From a bacterium (GTDB lineage: Bacteria > Sysuimicrobiota > Sysuimicrobiia > Sysuimicrobiales > Humicultoraceae): DNA of 16,631 nucleotides. Below are positions 1 through 8,427 of the stretch, one piece after another. The notes under the pieces were generated by a model, which worked only from the letters and a program-made list of their open reading frames with translations, searched no databases and was not told the DNA's origin. Numbering within the stretch: the first letter of the stretch is position 1; each line of letters starts with the position of its first letter. The translations under genes and the position numbers were made by a program. The DNA lies in assembly GCA_041497675.1 (NCBI GenBank), contig JBGQGY010000087.1, positions 1-16,631 of the forward strand, given 5' to 3'.

Positions 1-735
1 ATCGGCGGTCCCGCGGGTTCGACCGTCCTCAAAGACGTGTCGCTCGAGGTTCCGGCCGGCCGATCCGTCGCGCTGGTCGGCGAATCGGGCGCGGGTAAAT
101 CCATGACCGCGTTCGCGATCATCCGCCTGTTTCCGACCGATGCCGCAGTGATCGCCGGCGGGCGGATCCTGTTTGGCGATGTGGATCTCGTGCAACTCTC
201 TGAAGAGCAGCTCACCCGGTACCGTGGCGGGCGCATCGCCATCGTCTTTCAAGAGCCGTCATCCGCGCTCAACCCCGTACTCACTGTCGGCCAACAGGTG
301 ATGGAAGGTATTGAGATCCATCACGGCAGGCGCGGCGCGCGCGAACGCGCCCTCGAGGCGATGAAACAAGTCGGTCTCGATCAGTCGTTCTTTGGCCGCT
401 ACCCGCACATGCTCTCCGGCGGACAACGCCAGCGCGTCCTTATCGCCTCAGCGATCGCGCCGGGCCCGGCGCTGCTGATCGCGGATGAGCCCACGTCCGG
501 TCTCGACGTGACGGTGCAGGCCCAGATCCTCGATCTCATCTACCGTGTGCAGCAGGAATTGAAGATGTCGCTCCTGCTGATCACGCACAACCTCGGACTC
601 GTCGCGCAGCGCACCGAGTCGGTGTACGTGATCCGGCGCGGCGAGATCGTCGAACACGGACCCACGACGGAGATCTTTGCCAACCCGCAGCACCCGTACA
701 CGCGCATGCTCATCAGGCTGGCCCAGGGGATCTAG
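1..735 (+). CDS. Dipeptide/oligopeptide ABC transporter ATP-binding protein (DppD/OppD-like), 5'-truncated by the window edge
   Basis: Frame is open from base 1 ([17 protein letters not shown]...). Walker [10 protein letters not shown]-loop IVFQEP..ALNP, signature LSGGQRQR, Walker [10 protein letters not shown]-switch ITH, C-terminal NPQHPYT motif. Stop TAG at 733-735. Confidence 0.93.
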   Translation: MGGPAGSTVLKDVSLEVPAGRSVALVGESGAGKSMTAFAIIRLFPTDAAVIAGGRILFGDVDLVQLSEEQLTRYRGGRIAIVFQEPSSALNPVLTVGQQVMEGIEIHHGRRGARERALEAMKQVGLDQSFFGRYPHMLSGGQRQRVLIASAIAPGPALLIADEPTSGLDVTVQAQILDLIYRVQQELKMSLLLITHNLGLVAQRTESVYVIRRGEIVEHGPTTEIFANPQHPYTRMLIRLAQGI

Positions 736-2792
736 GGCTCGAACTGCTCGGTCGTTGCGGACCGAACCTGCACCTCCCGGCTCGAGAGGGCCAACCGGAT
801 CTCGGTAAGGCCGTCGTCGTCGAAGGCGCAGCCCATGGTGCGCCGCAACGCCGTTTCGACTTTCAGCAGCGCGTCGCGCCAGGTCGCGCGGTGTGTGAAC
901 ATATGGCTCTCGTCCGGGTAATAGTGGGTCTCGAACGCCTTCCCGTGCGCCAGACAATCCTTGACGATCAGATTGAGTTGCTCAAAAGGCACCGCTGCAT
1001 CTTTCGTGCCGTGCAGATTGACCAAGGGTACCCGCATGTCCGCCACCCGCCGCCGCGGGGAGGCATCGTCCCAGACCTCGGGGTGTTGCTCCCGCGGGCC
1101 CCGCGCGCGTCCCAGGAAGTAGTCCCAAGCAGGGCGATACTCGCGTCTGGCCCAGGTCATCCACTGGTCGAAGTCCCAGATGCCCGCGATGTTGATCCCC
1201 AGGGCAAACGTGCTGGGTGACCGGCACAGCGAGGCCAGGGTCAACCACCCGCCGTAGCTCAGCCCCCAGACGCCCACGCGCTGGGGGTCCACGAACGGCT
1301 GCGACTTCAGCCATTCGCCGGCGCGCACGCAGTCCTCGCACTCGACGGTGGCCAGACCGCCCGAGTTGCCCTGTTCGAAGGTCTTGCCGTATCCGATGCC
1401 GCCGCGGTAGTTCACCAGATACGAAACGACACCACGCTCCGCGAGCCACAGTGAGACCGCGTAGAAGAACGCGTAGGCTTCGAGCGGCGGAAACCCTTCG
1501 CGCATCTGCCGCATCCCGCCGCCGTGCACATACACCAGCGCAGGATACCGCCGGCCGGGTTCGAGGTCGCGCGGCGTCAGCAAATACCCGGGGATCTCCC
1601 AACCGTTGGCGCCGGGTGTCTTGACGAACTGCGGGAGCGCCAGACGACCGGCGTCGATGGTCTCCGGCATCGAGCGCGTCAGGCGCCGCAGCCCCTGGCC
1701 GTCACGACCCACGACCCAGATCTCGGGCGAATGATGCACGGTGCTGTGTTTGAGGGCAATCGACGCGCCGTCGGGCGACCACTCGGCCTCGACGCTCGTC
1801 CCGGGCGCCATCACGACGGGGCGCGATGCGCCTGTCGCGAGATCCACTCCCATCAAATGGCGCATCCCGAGGTTGTGACGGTTCGTCGAGAAGACAACCT
1901 CACGGCCGTCGGGGCTGATGCGTGGGTGATCGTAGGCGTGACCGACATCTTCGCCGGTGCCACCCGTCAGCGCGCGGAGTTCGCCGCTGTCCGTGTCGAG
2001 CAGGTAGAGATGCCACCACCCCTCGTGGCGCAGGACGAGCACCGCGCGCCGCCCGTCGGGGTGGGCCTGCGCCGCGAAGGCCGCGCCCAACCCGTCGGGT
2101 TCGTCCTCCCGATGCAGCAGGCGCAGCGTCCCCTTGGGGAGGTCGAGCGCGTACCACTCACGCGCCGTGTAGAGCACCGACGGCCGCGCGAAGATAAGAC
2201 AATCCGAGCGCAGCCAGGTGAACGGTCCCTCGAGGTTGTCGGTGCGCGATCGCCAGACGAGCCGACCGGCCGGCTCGGCGACCGCCAGATCCCATTGGCT
2301 ATTCTCCTCGAACGTCGCGGCAATCAGTGTGCCGTCGGGCGACCAGGCCACCGGCGCATCGTGGTCGACTGCAATGATACGCCCCGGGATCTGCGATTCG
2401 CGTAGCGAGGGCGGATCAAACTCCAGTGTCCAGAGGCGGCCCCCGGCCACGAAGGCGAGTGCGCGCCCCGTCGGCGACCATTCCACCGCCGTGAGTCGCT
2501 GCGCGCTTTCGTAGGCGACCTGGCGCGATCCCCCGGCGCGGCTCGTGACGACGATCTTGCTCCCTTGGACATACGCCAGCCGGCCGTCCGGCGCCCACGA
2601 GAACGCCGTCACGGCATCGTCGCCCTCGGAGACCTCGGTGGTCACCCCGCTCAGCACGTCGACGACGCGCAGAGAAAACCGTCCCCCGTCGTCGTGGATG
2701 AACCCGACGCGGCGTGCATCCGGCGCCCAGGCGTGCGCCGACGTAAAGGTGATTGCCAGGACATCATCGAGCGTAATCGCAGGTCGGTGCAT
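732..2792 (-). CDS. S9 family (prolyl oligopeptidase / acylaminoacyl-peptidase-like) serine peptidase, cytoplasmic
   Basis: N-terminal WSPDG-type beta-propeller repeats. C-terminal alpha/beta hydrolase with YPALVYVHGG, NYRG..GYG, nucleophile GLSYGG, Asp in HGTKDAAV and His in YPDESH. Start moved to ATG 2792, which follows a GGGGAGG RBS at 2804-2810 just after the upstream gene's stop. No signal peptide. Confidence 0.9.
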   Translation of the reverse strand: MHRPAITLDDVLAITFTSAHAWAPDARRVGFIHDDGGRFSLRVVDVLSGVTTEVSEGDDAVTAFSWAPDGRLAYVQGSKIVVTSRAGGSRQVAYESAQRLTAVEWSPTGRALAFVAGGRLWTLEFDPPSLRESQIPGRIIAVDHDAPVAWSPDGTLIAATFEENSQWDLAVAEPAGRLVWRSRTDNLEGPFTWLRSDCLIFARPSVLYTAREWYALDLPKGTLRLLHREDEPDGLGAAFAAQAHPDGRRAVLVLRHEGWWHLYLLDTDSGELRALTGGTGEDVGHAYDHPRISPDGREVVFSTNRHNLGMRHLMGVDLATGASRPVVMAPGTSVEAEWSPDGASIALKHSTVHHSPEIWVVGRDGQGLRRLTRSMPETIDAGRLALPQFVKTPGANGWEIPGYLLTPRDLEPGRRYPALVYVHGGGMRQMREGFPPLEAYAFFYAVSLWLAERGVVSYLVNYRGGIGYGKTFEQGNSGGLATVECEDCVRAGEWLKSQPFVDPQRVGVWGLSYGGWLTLASLCRSPSTFALGINIAGIWDFDQWMTWARREYRPAWDYFLGRARGPREQHPEVWDDASPRRRVADMRVPLVNLHGTKDAAVPFEQLNLIVKDCLAHGKAFETHYYPDESHMFTHRATWRDALLKVETALRRTMGCAFDDDGLTEIRLALSSREVQVRSATTEQFEP

Positions 2793-2811
2793 ATGACACA
2801 GTTCCTCCCCG

Positions 2812-3717
2812 TCAGAGTCGTGGATCGAACGCATCACGCAACCCATCACCTAAGAAATTGAAGCCCAGCACCGTCAACATGATCGCCAACCCCGGAAGGG
2901 TCGAGATGTGGGGCGCCGTGCGCAGAAACCCGCGGCCCTCGTTCAGCATCGTCCCCCAGGACGGCGTCGGCGGCTGCACCCCCAGACCGAGGAACGACAG
3001 CGCCGCTTCCGCGATGATCGCGGCGGCCATGCCCACGGTGGCCAGCACGATGACCGGCGCCAGCGTGTTCGGCAGGATGTGCCGGATGATGATACGGGCA
3101 TCACTGGTGCCCATCGCCCTCGCCGCCTGGACGAAGTCCTGTTCGCGCAGCACCAACACCTGACCGCGGACGACCCGCGCGTACGTCGTCCACGCCACCA
3201 GGCCGAGCGCGATGATCACGTTGACCAGACTGGGCCCAAGCACGGCGATGATGGCGATGGCCAGCACGATGACGGGGAACGCCAGAAACACGTCAACCGT
3301 CCGCATCAGCACGTTGTCGACGAGCCCCCCACGATAACCGGCGATCAAGCCCACCGTCGTCCCGATGGTGGCCGCGATGCCGACCGCCACGACGCCGACC
3401 TGCAGCGAGATCCGCGTGCCGAAGATCAACCGGGCCACAATGTCGCGGCCGACGACGTCCGTGCCGAGGAGATGCCCAGGCGTCCCGGGCGGCGCGGCCG
3501 GGTGGCTGTAGTCGATCGCGAGGGGATCCGCCGGTGACACGAAGGGGGCGAAGATGGCCAGCACGATGATCCCGCTGATGATCAGGAGGCCAAGCATGGC
3601 CAAGCGGTGACGCCGCAGCCGCCGCCACGCGGCGGCCCAATAGCCATCGTGCGCCGCACCGGCGCGCGCCGGCTCGGTCAGGCTATGCGTAACGGATGCG
3701 CGGATCGATGACCGCAT
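2812..3717 (-). CDS. Peptide/nickel-family ABC transporter permease (DppC/OppC-like)
   Basis: OppC N-terminal motif WRRLRRHRLA, HLLGTD..GRD, EAA loop FVQAARAMG..IIIRHILPN, LSFLGLG.QPP.PSWG, C-terminal GDGLRDAFDP. Exact start uncertain; it overlaps the upstream permease. Confidence 0.93.
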   Translation of the reverse strand: MRSSIRASVTHSLTEPARAGAAHDGYWAAAWRRLRRHRLAMLGLLIISGIIVLAIFAPFVSPADPLAIDYSHPAAPPGTPGHLLGTDVVGRDIVARLIFGTRISLQVGVVAVGIAATIGTTVGLIAGYRGGLVDNVLMRTVDVFLAFPVIVLAIAIIAVLGPSLVNVIIALGLVAWTTYARVVRGQVLVLREQDFVQAARAMGTSDARIIIRHILPNTLAPVIVLATVGMAAAIIAEAALSFLGLGVQPPTPSWGTMLNEGRGFLRTAPHISTLPGLAIMLTVLGFNFLGDGLRDAFDPRL

Positions 3718-4669
3718 AAACGACGTCCACCGCTAAATTGGCGCAGATCCGCACGACGGCGATCATCAACACGACGCCCTGCACGACCGGGAAGTCGCGC
3801 TGCACGATCGACCGGATCGCCAGGCGCCCGATGCCGGGCCAGGCAAAGATCGTCTCGGTGATCACAGCCCCGCCCAGCAACGCGCCGAACTCCAACCCGA
3901 TCACGGTGACGACGGGGATCAGCGCATTCCGGAGCGCGTGGTGAAACACGATCCGCCAGCCGGGCAGCCCCTTGGCGCGCGCGGTCCGCACGAAGTCCTG
4001 GGCGATGATTTCCAGCATGCTGCTGCGCGTCAGCCGTGTGGTGACCGCCGCCAACGCCGCCCCCAGCGTCACCGCCGGCAGGATGAGGTGCGTCACCGCC
4101 CCGCCCAGCGCGGCGGGGCTCCCCGTCGCCATCAGCGTCCAGACACCCGCGACCACCGGATCGCCGCGGCCGGACGCCGGCAGCCAGCCCAGCCGGAGCG
4201 CAAACAGGAAGATCAACATCACGCCCAGCCAGAAGTTGGGCATCGAGACGCCCAACAGGGCCGCGACGGTCCCCGCGGTGTCGACCGCCGAGTACTTTCG
4301 GATGGCCGAGATCACGCCGGCGGGGATGGCGATCGCCAGCGCCACGGTCATCGCGGCGAAGGTCAGCTCGATCGTCGCGGGCAGCCGCTCAAGGATCAAC
4401 CGGGTGACCGGTTCGTCCGACGAGATCGACATCCCCAGGTCGCCCCGGACGACCCGGCCTAGAAACTTGACGTACTGCACAGGGAGGGCCTGATCCAGAC
4501 CCAACACGTGACGGAGCCGCGCGACTTCCTCCGGCGACGCGTTCTCGGCGCCGATCATGATGACCACGGGATCGCCGGGGATCAAGCGGAGGATCACAAA
4601 GATGACCAGGGAGACCCCGAACAACAGCGGGATCATCCCCAGGAGGCGCCGGGCGATGAAGCGCCCCAC
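3683..4669 (-). CDS. Peptide/nickel-family ABC transporter permease (DppB/OppB-like)
   Basis: FIARRLL..IP, PGDP, GDLG.S, RLPATIEL, SMPNFW, EAA loop RTARAKGL, ETIFAWPGIGR, C-terminal IDPRIRY. GTG start. Confidence 0.94.
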   Translation of the reverse strand: MGRFIARRLLGMIPLLFGVSLVIFVILRLIPGDPVVIMIGAENASPEEVARLRHVLGLDQALPVQYVKFLGRVVRGDLGMSISSDEPVTRLILERLPATIELTFAAMTVALAIAIPAGVISAIRKYSAVDTAGTVAALLGVSMPNFWLGVMLIFLFALRLGWLPASGRGDPVVAGVWTLMATGSPAALGGAVTHLILPAVTLGAALAAVTTRLTRSSMLEIIAQDFVRTARAKGLPGWRIVFHHALRNALIPVVTVIGLEFGALLGGAVITETIFAWPGIGRLAIRSIVQRDFPVVQGVVLMIAVVRICANLAVDVVYAVIDPRIRYA

Positions 4670-4689
4670 GGCGGCCTACAGACCCGCTG

Positions 4690-6222
4690 TCAGCGACCCG
4701 GGCCCAGTTTCACGTCCGCGCCGTAGGGCGTCTTCAGCACGATCCAGCCGCTGACGTGAGGCTTGAAGCCGGTCACGTTCTTGCGGGTCGCATACGTCCG
4801 CTTCTCGTGGAACAGGAACACCATCGGCGCATCCTGGACGATCGTCCGCTGGGCCTCACGGTAGATCCTAATCCGGTCATTGACGTTGGTGACGGTCCGG
4901 CCGCGGTCGAGCAACTCATCGATCTTTGGGTTGCGATACTTGGCGAAGTTGAACCCACCGATCGCCGACGTGTGGAACGGGCTGTACAGCAGGGCGTCGG
5001 GTTCGGGGTTGACCGTCCAGCCGACCCGCAGGACGTCGTAGTTCGCCTTGAGCAGGCGGTCGAGCAGAGTCGGAAAGTCGACCGAGAGCACCTTCACGGT
5101 GACGTTGATCTGCTTCAGCATGTCGATCAAGAGCGGGGCCTCGGCGCGGTTCTCCTCACTGTCGACCATGAGATAGTTCATCTCGAAACCGTTGGCGTGT
5201 CCTGCCTCGGCCATCAATTGCTTGGCCCGACTCAGGTTGTACCCGAGCCCCTTGAAGCGTTCGTCAAAGGCCCAAGACGTCGGGGGGATGGGACCCTCGG
5301 CCAGCACGGCGCGTTCCTTCCAGATGACGTCGATGATCTTCCGTTTGTCGATCGCCTGCGCAATGGCCTGCCGGACGCGCACGTCGTCGTAGGGTTTGAC
5401 CGAGGTGTTGAACGCGATGAGCCGGTAGTTGGTGCCGATGACCTCGTGCAGGTCGACCACCAGGCTCACCCGCAGACGGCGCAGATCCTGCGCGGGGATG
5501 CCGGCGATCACGTCCGCGCCGCCCGACTCGAGTTCGGCCAACCGGACGCTCCCCTCCGGGATGAAGCGAAACTGCACGCGGTCGATCGATGGACGCCCCG
5601 CGTAGTAGTCGGGGTTGGCCTCGAGGACGATGCGCTCGTCGGGCACCCATTCGACCCATTTGTACGGCCCGGTCCCGACGGGTCGCCGCGCAAAGTCACG
5701 GCCGACTCTGGTATGGTACGCCCTGGGCACGATGTAGGCGGCCGTCGCCAGGTTCGTCAGGATTGGCGTGAACGCGGCGCGCGTGGTGATCCGCACGGTC
5801 GACTTGTCGGTGACGTCGACCGAGGCGATCTGCGACAGCAACCCACGCTGTGGCGACCGTGTGTCGGGGTTGAGGATGCGGTCGACCGTGTACTTCACGT
5901 CATCCCCGGTGAACTCCGTGCCGTCGTGCCATTTGACGTTCTGGCGGAGTTTGAACGTCCAGACCTTGCCGTCGGCGGACGGCGTCCAGGATTCCGCCAG
6001 CGCCGGTCGCGGCACACCGTCGGTATCTAACATGAGCAGGCCTTCAAGGACGTGCGAGTAGACCTGCTGCGAGTACAGGTCGGTGGACAGACCAGGGTCC
6101 ATCGTGGTCGGTGAAGACTCCATCCCGATACGCAACAGGCCGGGAGCAGGCGCCGTCGCGGCCGGGCCGATCAGCGCCAGGATCACGACCGCCGTGACTG
6201 CGAGCACGATCCACCTGGTCAT
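4690..6222 (-). CDS. ABC transporter substrate-binding protein, family 5 (DppA/OppA-like)
   Basis: Sec signal peptide with no lipobox Cys. Motifs LAESW..S.DG..WTFKLR..VKWHDG..FT..DVKYT, PVGTGPY, D.RVRQAIA.AID. Confidence 0.93.
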   Translation of the reverse strand: MTRWIVLAVTAVVILALIGPAATAPAPGLLRIGMESSPTTMDPGLSTDLYSQQVYSHVLEGLLMLDTDGVPRPALAESWTPSADGKVWTFKLRQNVKWHDGTEFTGDDVKYTVDRILNPDTRSPQRGLLSQIASVDVTDKSTVRITTRAAFTPILTNLATAAYIVPRAYHTRVGRDFARRPVGTGPYKWVEWVPDERIVLEANPDYYAGRPSIDRVQFRFIPEGSVRLAELESGGADVIAGIPAQDLRRLRVSLVVDLHEVIGTNYRLIAFNTSVKPYDDVRVRQAIAQAIDKRKIIDVIWKERAVLAEGPIPPTSWAFDERFKGLGYNLSRAKQLMAEAGHANGFEMNYLMVDSEENRAEAPLLIDMLKQINVTVKVLSVDFPTLLDRLLKANYDVLRVGWTVNPEPDALLYSPFHTSAIGGFNFAKYRNPKIDELLDRGRTVTNVNDRIRIYREAQRTIVQDAPMVFLFHEKRTYATRKNVTGFKPHVSGWIVLKTPYGADVKLGPGR

Positions 6223-6326
6223 CTGTCAACACCCCCACACGTGTGGCTGTAAGTCTTCGACCTTCGATGGGAGAGGAGGGAGGTCCTGTTCGACGCGGAA
6301 CCCCTTCAGGGGGCCCGGGAGCAGCG
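6223..6326. promoter_or_regulatory. Divergent promoter region with a perfect 12-bp palindrome CCACACGTGTGG (6235-6246)
   Basis: Short intergenic region between head-to-head operons. The palindrome is seen directly and abuts the RBS of the minus-strand SBP gene. Its regulatory role is inferred. Confidence 0.55.
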
Positions 6327-6857
6327 ATGGTGAGGGTTCGGCGCATGCGGGCTGAAGACGTGGAGACGTGCGCACGGATCGTTGCCGGCGACCCCCTCTG
6401 GCAACGCTACGGCGTGACGCTTCCAGGTGCCCGGCGGTCGTTCCGAAGGGCGCTGGCCGGAGCGCGCCGGAGCCCGTCGGCCGCCCGCACGACCGGCGAG
6501 ATTGCGGTGGCACGTGAGGGCCGCCGGGTCGTCGGGTTCGTCTGGTTCAGGGTCGAGGGGACGTTTCATCACAGCGGGTACGTCCGCTGGATCGCCGTGG
6601 CGCCCGCCTCCCGCAGCCACGGCGTCGGGGAGCGTCTGATGCGACACGCGGAAGACCGGATTTTTCGGGCGGGGCCCAACGTTCTTCTAACCGTGTCGGA
6701 TTTCAACACGAAGGCGCAGGCATTCTATCACAGGCTCGGCTACACGCGGGTTGGGACGCTTGCCGACTACGTCGTGCCGGGCGTCACCGAGTATCTCTAT
6801 AGGAAGACACAGGGAGCGATCGACAGCACGGCATCTCGAAGGAGGCGACCCGAGTGA
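6327..6857 (+). CDS. GNAT family N-acetyltransferase
   Basis: Acetyl-CoA motif A (IAVAPASRSHGVGERLM) and motif B (NTKAQAFYHRLGY). Start placed at ATG 6327, with GGGAG 5 nt upstream and a typical 'VRRMRAEDV' first strand. The stop overlaps the next GTG (GTGA). Confidence 0.88.
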   Translation: MVRVRRMRAEDVETCARIVAGDPLWQRYGVTLPGARRSFRRALAGARRSPSAARTTGEIAVAREGRRVVGFVWFRVEGTFHHSGYVRWIAVAPASRSHGVGERLMRHAEDRIFRAGPNVLLTVSDFNTKAQAFYHRLGYTRVGTLADYVVPGVTEYLYRKTQGAIDSTASRRRRPE

Positions 6858-8368
6858 AACTTCGCTGGTTGATCATGGTGGTGTTGGCAACGCTGGTGCT
6901 GCCGGCGATGCCAGGTCGTGCGGCGCCGGCAGGTACGACGCTCACGATGGGGGTGGATCAGGAGGTCGTCGGCCTCGATCCTAACCTCGTGACGTCATTC
7001 TCATCTTTCCGGCGTGTGGACTTTCTCTACAACAAGCTGGTCAGGTACAACGAAAAACTGGAGATCGAACCGGATCTCGCCGAGTCGTGGGAGTGGGCGG
7101 ACTCACGCACGGTGACCTTCAGGCTGCGCCGCAGCGTGAAGTTCCACAGCGGCGCCGAGATGACGTCTGAAGACGTCAAGTTTACCCTCGACCGGGTGCT
7201 TGATCCGGCCACGCGGTCGCCCGGCCGGTCGTTCATCGATCAGATCAAGCAAATCGACACGCCGGACAAATACACCGTGCGGATCACGCTCAACCTGCCG
7301 CTGGCCTCGCTGCTCTCGGGTCTGTCGTCGGCCAACCTCTCGATCGTCGAGAAGGCCGCCGTGCAGAAGGCGGGCAACCTGCAGCGGACCGAGGCGGGCA
7401 CCGGGCCGTTCATGCTGGCCGAATGGGTTCCGGACAACTTCATGCGTTTGGTGAAGAACCCCGACTACTTCCGCCGTGGCATGCCCAAAGTGGACACGCT
7501 GATCATCCGCGTCATCCCCGACCAGGCGTCGCTGCTGGCCGGCGTGCGCACCCGCGCGCTGGACTTCGCGACCGTCAACCAGGGGGCGGTCATCACGTCG
7601 GCCAAGCGCGAGAGCGGCGTCGTCGTGATGCAGAAGGCCGGGATCAACCTGCGCATCTTCTCCTTTAATGCGAGCCGGCGGCCCTACGACGATCCGCGTG
7701 TGCGCTACGCGTTCTCATGGGCGATCGATCGAGCGGCGATCGTCAGCACGGCCGAGTTCGGGTATGCGACGATCTCCGGCCCGGTTCCGGCCTCGACCCC
7801 GTGGGCGCTCCCGATCTCGCAGTTCCCGTCCTACAAGCAGGACGTGGCCCGCGCGCGGCGTCTGCTCGCCGAGGCGGGTTTTCCCAACGGTTTCACAACC
7901 CGCATCGTGACCTCGCCGACCTATGAGGGCGGGATTGCCGTCGCCCAGGTGATCCAAGAGCAGTTGCGGGCGATCGGCGTCAACGCCACTCTGGAGAACA
8001 TCGAGTGGGGCACATACATCAACCGGTGGGTCGCGCGCGATTTTGACACGATGATCGAGCTGCGCGGCGGCGACCCCGACCCGGACCGCTTCCTCTACCG
8101 CACCTTCCACAGCACGGGCGGCGTGAACAACTTCCTGTTCAAGGATAGCGCGATCGACCGGCTGCTCGAGCGCGGGCGCGTCAACGTCGACGCCGACCGG
8201 CGCAAGGCCATCTACGAAGAGCTGCAGAAGACGCTGATCGAGGCCGCGCCGGCGCTGTTCCTGTACACGCCGATGGAAACGCAGGTCCTGCAGGGCTACG
8301 TGCGGGGCTTCAAGATCATCGGCAACGGCGCACTGTACTTCCTGGAAGAGGCGACACTCGAGCGGTAG
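6854..8368 (+). CDS. ABC transporter substrate-binding protein, family 5 (DppA/OppA-like); candidate muropeptide/amino-sugar binder by context
   Basis: GGAGG RBS at 6841-6845 and GTG start. Sec signal peptide with no lipobox Cys. Motifs EPDLAESW, FRLRRSVKFHSG, DVKFT..R, GTGPF, D.RVR.A...AIDR. Confidence 0.93.
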   Translation: MKLRWLIMVVLATLVLPAMPGRAAPAGTTLTMGVDQEVVGLDPNLVTSFSSFRRVDFLYNKLVRYNEKLEIEPDLAESWEWADSRTVTFRLRRSVKFHSGAEMTSEDVKFTLDRVLDPATRSPGRSFIDQIKQIDTPDKYTVRITLNLPLASLLSGLSSANLSIVEKAAVQKAGNLQRTEAGTGPFMLAEWVPDNFMRLVKNPDYFRRGMPKVDTLIIRVIPDQASLLAGVRTRALDFATVNQGAVITSAKRESGVVVMQKAGINLRIFSFNASRRPYDDPRVRYAFSWAIDRAAIVSTAEFGYATISGPVPASTPWALPISQFPSYKQDVARARRLLAEAGFPNGFTTRIVTSPTYEGGIAVAQVIQEQLRAIGVNATLENIEWGTYINRWVARDFDTMIELRGGDPDPDRFLYRTFHSTGGVNNFLFKDSAIDRLLERGRVNVDADRRKAIYEELQKTLIEAAPALFLYTPMETQVLQGYVRGFKIIGNGALYFLEEATLER

Positions 8369-8375
8369 GATCTTC

Positions 8376-8413
8376 GGGCGCCGGGGCTGGGCATCCGCCC
8401 GCCCCCGGCGCCC
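8376..8413 (+). other. Strong GC-rich intercistronic stem-loop after the SBP gene
   Basis: GGGCGCCGGGG (8376-8386) is the perfect reverse complement of CCCCGGCGCCC (8403-8413), with an inner GGGC/GCCC stem. No U-tract follows. Confidence 0.75.
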
Positions 8414-8427
8414 CTCTGCCCTGACAC

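Noticed and set aside
1700..2730. Repeated WSPDG-like motifs as a DNA repeat or separate TolB gene
   Set aside because: These are ordinary beta-propeller blades of the S9 peptidase. There is no nucleotide-level repeat array.
4756..6030. 424-aa ORF antisense to the SBP, and similar shadow ORFs such as 1524-2405, 12384-13166, 12455-13255 and 13296-14093
   Set aside because: They lie opposite well-supported genes and have no recognisable motifs. Long antisense ORFs are expected in high-GC coding DNA.
6243..6326. Longer ORF-track starts (GNAT 6243, peptidase 2849, hydrolase 10144, anmK 13303) and the internal ATPase start at 37
   Set aside because: The extensions overlap neighbouring genes or the promoter region. 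Better starts with an RBS or stop-start coupling exist at 6327, 2792, 10243 and 13369. The ATPase frame is open from base 1.
8376..8413. Intrinsic terminator
   Set aside because: No U-tract, and the cognate permease follows 14 nt later.
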